DNA of 27,397 nt. Origin: Saprolegnia diclina VS20 (Eukaryota). Made by a program: the position numbers and the translations under genes. The stretch is taken from NCBI RefSeq assembly GCF_000281045.1, contig NW_008246073.1:586323-613719 (forward strand), in the 5' to 3' direction. Positions 1-8,941 of this stretch are shown in pieces. The notes under the pieces are model-generated. The model was not told the origin of the DNA. It saw nothing but the letters and a program-made list of their open reading frames with translations, and did not search any database. Positions within the stretch are counted from its first letter, which is position 1. Each line of letters starts with the position of its first letter.

Positions 1-715
1 GCGGCGTTGCGCGCCGCTGGTATTCGCAATACGCGCACGACCGAGTTTTTGCAGGGGCGGACGACGCGCTGGGGCCTCGCGTGGTCGTTTACGAATGACG
101 GCATGGACGCTGCCGACCTCGTACACTGGGCTCAGTTGCGTGGTAATAACATTATCGTGCTCATATAGGCTGCCCACAAGGTGCTTGGGAAGCGCAAGGA
201 ACGGCAGCGGCGGGATACGATGGCCTTCCACGTCGACCGTCTCGCCCCGATGCAAGGTACTCCTTCTGTTCAAGCACGTTGCGTACAAGCAGTTTCATAG
301 AAGCTAGTCCTATCCACGGTTGCAGAATGCTATGCGATGTCCATGCCCGCATCCTCGAGAGTCCTGGCCATGTGCTCCAGGTACGACACGGAGCAGTGGC
401 GGGATTCCGGTTCGACAATGAGTGCGCATGATGTAGGGGTGCTTGGCTGTGGACCCCATGGGCGAAAGCACTGAGGCGAAGAGCGACTACACGCTCACGT
501 ACGAACGCGACGGAGCGGTCGAGTGGGTCGCTCAAGCGAGCGTTGTGGCCATGGACACAACCTTTGACGTGACGCTGACGTGGCGCGACGGGAAGAGAGA
601 TCTTTTCTGGCAGATCGCCGACCAGTGGAAAGGCGCGATCGTGCGTACCGGCCGCACGTGGCGGAAGCGCCACCAGGGCTTCTACGTGGATGCGACCGGC
701 GCCTCCCAAGTATAA
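1..715 (+). CDS. METTL16: 3' part of METTL16/RlmF-family RNA m6A methyltransferase (5' end outside window); exons 1-120, 169-256, 301-380, 437-715
   Basis: Frame 1 reads ...TTEFLQGRTTRWGLAWSF, matching the METTL16 motif TEFxQGRTxRWALAWSF. Three GT-AG introns (121-168, 257-300, 381-436) keep the frame open to TAA at 713-715. Confidence 0.85.
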
Positions 716-833
716 AGTTCGCGAGGTTAACGTGCGATTGAGTTTCACGTTTTTGAGTTTAAAGTTGACAGCCAACGGCTGCGCACCAATCAACAGAGCG
801 CGTGCCCGCCAATCTCGTTTAGAGTTGAGAAAC

Positions 834-1171
834 ATGTCGGCCCGCGTGACCAAGCAAATCCTGCGCGCGACCGTGCTCGTCGACGAGCCGTCCAAGACGA
901 AGGGCAAGGCCGCTGACGGCAGCAAGGTCAAGTCCAAGTCGGGTGTTGCGGCAAAGACCAAGCCGCTCAAGAAGCGCCGGCAGTTCCTCGACGAGGCTCG
1001 CATCGAGCGCAGCAAGTCGGACAACACGGCCAAGAACATAGCCGTGCTCACAAAGCTGACCAAGACGCCCAAGGCACAGGATCTCATGAAGAAGGTAGAT
1101 GCTCCTACGACTGACTCGACACTCATACCTCCTGTCTCGTGTAGATCCTCAAGCAAACGCAGCGCTTTTAG
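834..1171 (+). CDS. Small Lys-rich protein (~95 aa), possibly AROS/RPS19BP1-like ribosome-biogenesis factor; exons 834-1094, 1145-1171
   Basis: Strong coding-like codon bias from ATG 834 (MSARVTKQIL...). GT-AG intron 1095-1144, then ILKQTQRF*. The segment FLDEARIERSKSDNTAKNIAVL...KKILKQ resembles AROS ALDEYRKRECRDHLRVNLKFL...QQILRQ. The gene is likely real; the identity is tentative. Confidence 0.6.
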
Positions 1172-1469
1172 ACGCGACGCTGCTTCCACCTCGTGTACTA
1201 CCCTATTTTAATCGCCATCGTAATCCACCGCTCCTCTTGCGCGCCCTTCGTGTTTTTGCGGCCATTTGCCGCATAGCTATGCAGCATCAAGCGTTGATCC
1301 GTTAGACACGATCGATCGTTGGCCGTCGTCGTCCACTGCTTGCACCTGCAGGCAACGGCGACGCGTGGCGTCACGTCAACACGACGTTGTAGTTGGCTCA
1401 ACAAGTGTGGTGTACGTTTGTGTGTATTACGAGAGGGACAAGCAAGAGCTCGGTCGGTCGCGGGCGTTC

Positions 1470-1751
1470 TTAGTTGCTAGCGATCGCAACGTTCATAAGC
1501 CATCGCGCGGTTTGCATTCAGTGTAGTACCTTTCGTCCTTGGGCTTGACGACCGTCGCCTTGATGCCGCTTTCGTGCACGTTGACCTTGACGGTATCCAA
1601 GCCGTCAAAGTCGTCCTACGCAGCGTTACATCGGACCTGTATGGGCATGGCCTACCTTGGACATCTGCGAGACCGTGTACGAGAAGACAGAGATGGCAAA
1701 CGTGCTGAGCGCACCGGCGAGGATCAAGTTCTTCTTCAGCACCGAGTTCAT
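1470..1751 (-). CDS. COA3: COA3-like cytochrome c oxidase assembly factor (single TM, ~62 aa); exons 1751-1656, 1615-1530, probably 1476-1470
   Basis: Spliced product MNSVLKKNLILAGALSTFAISVFSYTVSQMSK|DDFDGLD... matches the COA3 pattern KNxxxGxxLxxFxxxVYxYTxxxxKQ(D/E)DF. The last exon is uncertain; without that intron the frame would stop near 1493. Confidence 0.7.
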
Positions 1752-2070
1752 GGCGGCCACGGATTCAATACAATGCACCGTCGGCCGCGCAGCCTGCATT
1801 GTCCGGATACATCCGGATAGACCGTGCACGAAGTCCACGCTGCGATCCCTCGGTTTAGAGACAGTATCCAAAAGACATGCGCCGCGGCACCTCTACGTGG
1901 AAAGGGACATGTCTTTAAAGACAGGGGACTCCGGATAACAGAGCTTTACGCTGTTGCTGTATCCGGATGATAAGCGTCTATACAAAAGGCGAGACAACAT
2001 GTTTTTGCATCGCTGCTTACGACCTCGTTTGATTGGATGGAATCATAGCTGAGCCATTACGTGCTTTGAG

Positions 2071-2086
2071 TCACTTCCACATTTGC
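2071..2086 (+). promoter_or_regulatory. Oomycete INR+FPR core promoter of CYP51 (TCACTTC-CA-CATTTGC); reverse CCAAT box at ~2032
   Basis: Matches INR YCAYTYY followed by FPR MWTTTNC, ending ~11 nt upstream of ATG 2098. Confidence 0.7.
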
Positions 2087-2097
2087 CTCCCGTCAAC

Positions 2098-3657
2098 ATG
2101 CTGGCGCTCACGGACCTCTTCGCCGAGCACGCGAAGCTGCTCGCGGCCTTTGGCCTCTTCCTCCTCGTGGCCATCTACCTCTCGCTGCCCAAGAAGACCA
2201 ACGGCAAGCTCCCGCCCGTGCTCAACTACATGATTCCGATCCTCGGGTCGTTCCCGGCATTCGCCAAGGACCCGATCCAGATGGTCCTTGACGGCTACAA
2301 GGAGGTTCGCCCCTCCTCACTGATCCTCGCTCATGCTCATGACGTGTTTATGATGAGTAGAAGGGCTCGTGCTTCACGGCCAAGATGTTTGGCCAGGACT
2401 TGACGTTCCTCATTGGCCCCAAGGCCCACGAGTCGTTTTACAAGCCCAACGACGACTACTTGAGCCAGAGCGAGGTGTACCAGCTCATGACGCCCGTCTT
2501 CGGCCCTGGTCTTGTCTACGATGCGACGCCCAAGCGCCGTGCGCAACAGATGCAGTTCATGGCCAACGGCCTTCGCACATCGCGCTTGAAGACGTACGTC
2601 GAGAAGATCCGAATGGAAACCGAGCTCTACTTCAAGGCCTTCCCGAAGGAGTCGACCGTGAGCCTCAAGAAGATCTTTTCGGAAGTCACGATCTTGACGG
2701 CGGCCCGCGCGCTTCTCGGCGACGAAGTTCGCGAGAACCTCTTCAAGGAAGTCTCTTCGCTCTATTGCGACCTCGATGGCGGTACCACGCCGCTCAGCTT
2801 CTTCTTCCCGTATCTCCCGATCCCGATGCACCGTCGTCGTGATGCCGCTCGCCAAAAGATGTCGGAGCTCTTCGCCGGCGTCATCAAGCAGCGCCGTGAG
2901 TCGGGCAAGCGCGTACGTCATCTTGATTCTTGTGATGTTCCCCTCACGCTTCAATCTGCAGGCGGACGATATCCTCGACACGTTCATGAACTCCGAGTAC
3001 AAGGACACGCCGGGCGTCCCGATCCCGAACGAGCACATCGTTGGTCTCCTCATTGCGCTTCTCTTTGCGGGTCAGCACACGAGCTCGCTCACGGTCACGT
3101 GGGCTGTCATTGAGCTCGTGCTCCAGACGCCCGAGATGATCCCCAAGATCCTCAAGGAGCAAGAGGAGGTCCTCGGCGAAGGCGGCAGCGACAACCTCAA
3201 CTTTGACACGGTCAACAACATGCCGATTTTGCACGCGTGCATCAAGGAGACGCTGCGCTTGACGCCGCCGCTCATCTTCCTCATGCGCAAGGTCATGAAG
3301 GACATTACGTGCAACGAGTACACGATCCCGGCCGGCCACATTGTGTTCTCGTCGCCCGCCGCCGCGTGCCGCCTCCCCGAGTACTGGGCCGAACCCGACA
3401 AGTACGACCCAATGCGCTTCCTCGACGGCCGCAACGAGGAGGACCGCCAGCCGTACACTAACGTGAGCTTTGGCGGTGGCATGCACGGCTGCATGGGCCA
3501 GCAGTACGCGTACATCCAGGTCAAGATCGTCCTCAGCATCTTCTTCCGCCACTTCAAGGTCGAAATGCTCGACAAGACGTTCCCGAAGCAGGACTACACG
3601 TGCCTCGTCGTGCCACCGGTCGGCGAGACGCTCGCCAAGCTCACGCGCGTCGACTAG
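2098..3657 (+). CDS. CYP51: Sterol 14-alpha-demethylase (cytochrome P450 family 51); exons 2098-2304, 2361-2912, 2962-3657
   Basis: N-terminal membrane anchor plus LPP hinge; B' region YQLMTPVFGPGLVYD; I-helix LLFAGQHTS (CYP51 signature); K-helix ETLR; heme motif FGGGMHGCMG. GT-AG introns at 2305-2360 and 2913-2961 join the ORF-track frames. Confidence 0.97.
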
Positions 3658-3736
3658 ATGCGTTACGAGGCAGCTTTATTTTTGAGTTAAGATACATAAA
3701 CGATTTTGTCATACAGTCACGACACGCTGTTGCCGC

Positions 3737-6700
3737 TTACGTCGAGAGCGTCGCGCGGGCGCCCTTCTTGGCCACATGAATGTGCGCAGCCGCCTTGGGC
3801 GGCGACTTGATCGCGGCGGTCGTCGCAATTGGCGCCGCCTTGGTCGGGGTCGCCTTGGCCGCCGGCTTTGGCGTCGCCTTGATCGGTGTCGCCTTGGCCG
3901 TGTGCTTTGGCGACGGCGTCGCCTTGACCGGGGTGGCAGCTTCGCGCAGCGCCTTGCCGAGGGACTTGAGAATTTGCGCGTTCTTTTCCGCCGAGCGTGG
4001 CGGCGACGGCGACGCTTGCTTGGCCGGACGCGTCCACACGGTCTTGGTCGGCGGCGCGCGGCCCGGCGGGTAGTACTCCTGGGCGAGGTAGTTGGTGCCG
4101 CTCGACGAGCGGGCGCGGGCCGTCGCATCGTGGAGGCGCGCACACGTGCAGCCGCTCGCCTTGTGCGACGACACGTGGCAGACAAGGCCACTGCTGGTCG
4201 CCGCCGCCGCGTGCTCCTTCTTCTTCTCCTGATGGAGCGTGCGGCGCGACTTGACGGCCTCGAAGCCGTCGTTGTCCAGTTTCTGCGCCGCCGCATCGCT
4301 GGCCAAAGGCATAACGACAACGGTGCCGCCACCGTTCGAGACGTTAAGACCGACCTTGTGCTGCGTGGCCGACGGGCGCTTCGTCAACACCGCCTTGGCC
4401 TTCACCGGCGCCTCATCACCACTCATGATAGAGAGGATTTCGTGAAGCTCGTTGTAGTTGACCGACGCCTTGCGAGCCTTCTTCGCCGCCTTGCGCTTGG
4501 CCTTGAAGTCGCGGGGCAATTCGTCGCCGTCACTGAAGATGGCCAGAATCTCTTCCTGCTCCTGGCGCTGGGCTTTGGTAAGTGGCTTGACCTTTGGCTT
4601 GGATGCGGTGAGTGTCGCGGCCTGGCGGTTGGTGGGCGACACCACGACACGCTTGACTTGGGTCTGGTTCTTGCGCGGGGCCGTCTTCTTCGCCTTCCGG
4701 TCGCGGGGAAGCTCGTCGCCGTCGCTAAAGATCGCCAAGATCTCCAACTGCTCTTGTTGCTGCGCCTTCGAGAGCTTCTGCTGCGGCTGCTTCTTGACCG
4801 AGATGCGAGGAGACAAAGCGGCCTTCTTCAATGTCGCCGAAGCCGGGCGAGGCGAAACGACATTCTGCTTGGCAGGTTGCTTGCGGCTGCCGGCCTTGTT
4901 GGCCTTACGGTCGCGCGGAAGCTCGTCCCCGTCACTGAAGATGGCCAAGATCTCCGCCTGCTCCTGCTGCTGAGCTTTTGACAGCTTCTGCTGCTTCTTC
5001 GGGGCGGTGCGAGGCGAACTGATGGACTGCTTGGAAGACTGGCTGCCGCGGGGCGAAGCCACCGATTGCTTGCGCGGCGCCGCCTTCTTGGCCTTACGGT
5101 CGCGCGGAAGATCTTCACCGTCACTGAAGATGGCAAGGATCTCCGCCTGCTCCTGCTGCTGAGCCTTGGAGAGCTTCTGCTGCTTCTTCGGGGCGGTGCG
5201 AGGCGAACTGACGGACTGCTTGGAAGACTGGCTGCCGCGGGGCGAAGCCACCGATTGCTTGGCAGGTTGCTTGCGCGGCGCCGCCTTCTTGGCCTTGCGG
5301 TCGCGCGGAAGCTCTTCACCGTCACTGAAGATTGCGAGAATCTCAGCCTGCTCCTGCTGCTGAGACTTGGAGAGCTTTTGCTGCTTCTGCTTTTGAGCGC
5401 GCGGTGACGTGGTCGACAGGTTGGCGGGAGCTGAGGCTTTGCGTCCTCGGGTCGCTTGCTNNNNNNNNNNNNNNNNNNNNNNNNNNNNNNNNNNNNNNNN
5501 NNNNNNNNNNNNNNNNNNNNNNNNNNNNNNNNNNNNNNNNNNNNNNNNNNNNNNNNNNNNTGCTGCGGCTGCTTCTTGACCGAGATGCGAGGAGACAAAG
5601 CGGCCTTCTTCACTGTCGCCGAGGCCGGGCGAGGCGAAACGACATTCTGCTTGGCTGGTTGCTTGCGGCTGCCGGCCTTCTTGGCCTTACGGTCGCGCGG
5701 AAGCTCGTCACCGTCACTGAAGATGGCCAAGATCTCCGCTTGCTCCTGCTGCTGAGCTTTCGATAGCTTCTGCTGCTTCTTTGGCGCGTTGCGAGGCGAA
5801 GCGATGGACTGCTTGGAAGACTGGCTGCCGCGGGGTGAAGCCACCGATTGCTTGGCAGTTTGCTTGGTTTGCTGCTTGCGCGGCGCCGCCTTCTTGGCCT
5901 TACGGTCGCGCGGGAGCTCATCACCGTCACTGAAGATGGCCAAGATCTCCGCCTGCTCCTGCTGCTGAGCTTTCGACAGCTTCTGCTGCTTCTTTGGCGC
6001 GTTGCGAGGCTGCTTGGAAGACTGACTGCCGCGGGGCGAAGCCACCGATTGCTTGGCAGTTTGCTTGCGGCTGCTGGCCTTCTTGGCCTTACGGTCGCGC
6101 GGGAGCTCATCACCGTCACTGAAGATGGCAAGGATCTCAGCCTGCTCCTGCTGCTGAGTCTTGGAGAGCTTCTGCTGCTTTTTCGGGGCGGTGCGAGGCG
6201 AACTGATGGACTGCTTGGAAGACTGGCTACCGCGGGGCGACACCACCGACTGCTTGGTCTGGATTTTGGCTTGTTGCTTGCGCGGCGCCGCCTTCGTGGC
6301 CTTGCGGTCGCGCGGGAGCTCGTCACCGTCACTGAAGATAGCGAAGATCTCCAACTGCTCTTGCTGCTGAGCCTTGGAGAGCTTTTGCTGCTTCTGCTTT
6401 TGAGCGCGCGGTGACGTGGTCGACAGGTTGGCGGGAGCTGAGGCTTTGCGTCCTCGGGTCGCTTGCTTCTTACGATCACGCGGAAGCTCGTCGCCATCGC
6501 TAAAGATGGCGAAGATCTCGGCCTGCTCCTGCTGCTGGGCCTTGGAGAGCTTCTGCTGCTTCTTTGGCTCGTTGCGAGGCGAGGTGATCGATTGCTTGGA
6601 CGACTGGCTGCCGCGGGGTGAAGCCACCGATTGCTTGAGCTGCTGCTTGATCTGGTTCTTGCGCGCCGCCTTCTTGGCCTTGCGGTCGCGCGGAAGCTCG

Positions 6701-8566
6701 TCACCATCACTAAAGATAGCGAGGATCTCGGCCTGCTCCTGCTGCTGAGCCTTAGAGAGCTTTTGCTGCTTCTTCGGGGCGGTGCGAGGCGAGGCGATCG
6801 ATTGCTTCGAGGCTTGGCTGCCGCGCGGCGATGCCACCGAAGCATGTTTCTTGGTTTGCGCGTTGCGCGGAGAGGGAGCAGGTTGCTTCTTCAGAGTTTT
6901 CTTGGCCTTGCGGTCGCGCGGGAGCTCGTCACCGTCACTGAAGATAGCGAGAATCTCCAACTGCTCTTGCTGCTGAGCCTTGGAGAGCTTTTGCTGCTTC
7001 TTGGGTGTCGCGTTGCCACCACGCGGCGCAGTTGCGGCCTTGCGAGTCGTCACCTTCTTGCTGCGGTCGCGCGGAAGCTCATCGCCGTCGCTGAATATGG
7101 CGAGGATTTCTTCATGTTCCTGCTTCTGGGCCTTCGTGAGCTTTTGCTGCTTCTTCGAGGGCGACATGCTACGCGGCGACGCAATCGACTGCTTGGCGGG
7201 CTGGCCGCCGCGGGGCGAGGCAACCCACCCGCGGGGCGAAAGCGTCGTGTGCTTGGCCTGACCCGCCTGCTGCTTGGCCTGACCCGCCTGCTGCTTGCGC
7301 GCAGTCTTGGTCTTGCGGTCCCGAGGAAGCTCATCGCCGTCGCTGAAAATAGCCAAGATTTCGTCCTGCTCCCGCTTCTGGGCCTTGGAGAAGGACGCCT
7401 TCTTGGATGGCGTCTGCCGGGGCGACACCGACGCCTTCTTGGCAGCAGCTTGGCCACTACCGGGCGACGCCACCCAACCACGGGGCGAAAGCACCATGTG
7501 CTTGGCCTGTGGTTGCTTGCGTGTCGACACCTTCTTGCGGTCGCGCGGCAGCTCGTCGCCGTCGCTGAAGATGGCCAAAATCTCTTCTTGCTCCTTGCGT
7601 TGGGCCTTGGAGAGCTTTTGCTGCTTGGGTGCCTGCTGGCTGCGGGGCGACTTGGGCAGCTGCAGCTTGGCAGGGCGGCGGCGTGTGTTGTCGCCCTCGT
7701 CGCCGCTGAGGACGTTCAAAATCTCATCAGCTTCTTTCTTTTGCGCCTTGGTCATCGGCTGCGGCGCCGGCGTCGGGTTGGACTGGCGGCGCTGGCGCGG
7801 GGTCGACGGGCGCGAGTGGCTCGACGGACTGTTGGTGCGCGCCGCCTGGCCGTCAAACGCCACGTGCTTGGGCGTCGTGCTCGCGCGAGGCGAGCTCGAC
7901 TTCAAGTTGCTGCTACGTGGCGACAAGATGGCTTGGATCTGCGCTGGGGTCACGCGCGGCGACTTGGCTTGCTGTTCGTCACGCTTGAGGATGCGCACAG
8001 ACGGCGCTTCCCACGCCGACGTCGGCGCCGGGAAAAGCGCTCGTCCATCGGGTTGCTGCCACGGCTGCTGGTACAGCTGCGTCTGAGCATACATGTTCCC
8101 GTTCCACTGGGCGGGCGCCGACCACACCGTCGGCGCAATCGACGAGTACGGACCATACGGGTTCATGTCGTGCTCGAGCGCATCGTCGCCCCACCGACCC
8201 GTCGGGTGGTGGTGCGCAGCATGCGACGGCGACGAACTGCCGATCCACGGCGCCGCATCCGCGTGTAGCGTCGATTTGATCGCCGTGGGCGACGCCACAA
8301 GCACGCGAGGGCTACCGGCGCGCGGCTCGGTCCAGCCCATGCGAGCAGGCGCAACGGCAGCCGGCGCCTGGGTCTCCGACCGGCGGCTGGGCGTGTTGGT
8401 CGGTGGCGGCGCCGTGAGCTTGGCAGCGTTCGACTTGGTAGCGTTCATGCGGCCGTTCTTGCCCTGCAGCACGTTACGGTTGCCTACAGGAACATGTGGG
8501 TTGCAGTCGCATGCGGAGGGTGAGGCTACCTTGCTGGCGGGACGCGGACGAGGGCTGCTTCTGCAT
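3737..8566 (-). CDS. Very large Lys/Gln/Ser/Pro-rich repeat protein of unknown function; exon 8566-8530, intron 8529-8484, then one long exon interrupted by an assembly gap
   Basis: ATG 8566 (MQKQPSSASRQQG|NRNVLQGK...) splices into the 1214-aa ORF. The same peptide repeats continue beyond the N-gap into the 504-aa ORF, ending at TAA 3739-3737. The apparent frameshift coincides with the nominal 100-N gap. Confidence 0.85.
4505..7620 (-). repeat. Coding tandem repeat array, units ~130-220 nt: KLSKAQQQEQxEILAIFSDGDELPRDRK core plus SPR-rich basic linkers
   Basis: 15 canonical cores counted (10 on the high-coordinate side of the gap, 5 on the low side), plus degenerate copies at each end (EILNVLSGDE ~7700; EILSIMSGDE ~4420). 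Many synonymous differences between copies. Confidence 0.95.
5461..5560. other. Assembly gap (100 N) inside the repeat array
   Basis: Run of N; both flanks are near-identical to other parts of the array. Confidence 1.
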
Positions 8567-8639
8567 GATCGATGGTCGTGGAGGGTCTAACGAACCTTGG
8601 GTGCTGTACCGGGTGGGTGAGCGGGAGCTCTTTCAATTG

Positions 8640-8750
8640 AAAGTGATTTCGGAAGCGGCCCCCGCGGATCTTCTTTTTTCGCCACGAGTATAATTAGCTC
8701 GTGCGGTTTCGCGCGGGGATTGGTCAGCTAATTTAGCTGACGTGAAACCG
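8640..8750 (-). promoter_or_regulatory. Promoter of repeat-protein gene: INR-like TCACTTT (8646-8640), CCAAT (~8719-8723) and palindrome GTCAGCTAA-T-TTAGCTGAC (8723-8741)
   Basis: Motifs read directly from the sequence, 75-185 nt upstream of ATG 8566. Confidence 0.5.
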
Positions 8751-8941
8751 GCCGCTCAAAATAACACCTTGCAGTTTGTAGGGATTATAAACCGTTTGCC
8801 CAAAATAGAAAGGCAACGCCCTTTGCTGCTTTGATGCTCGCGTTCTTGAGGGACTCGAAGCGTACATGATCACCGATGGTTAGAGGTGGAGGCGTCCTTA
8901 TACTTCTAGAGACTAGTACATACGCATGTGGTGGGCGCAAT

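Noticed and set aside
161..1189. 342-aa minus-strand ORF
   Set aside because: It overlaps two better-supported spliced plus-strand genes and has no recognisable domain.
4828..5460. Apparent frameshift or two separate genes (1214-aa and 504-aa ORFs)
   Set aside because: The shift is caused by the arbitrary 100-N gap length; the same peptide repeat continues on both sides.
4505..7620. Regularly spaced conserved repeats with variable spacers, superficially CRISPR-like
   Set aside because: The repeats are in-frame coding units with synonymous variation, the spacers are related to each other, the context is eukaryotic, and no cas genes are present.
3776..8268. Long plus-strand ORFs (401, 545, 263 aa and others) opposite the repeat gene
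   Set aside because: Antisense shadows of a GC-rich, stop-poor repetitive CDS.
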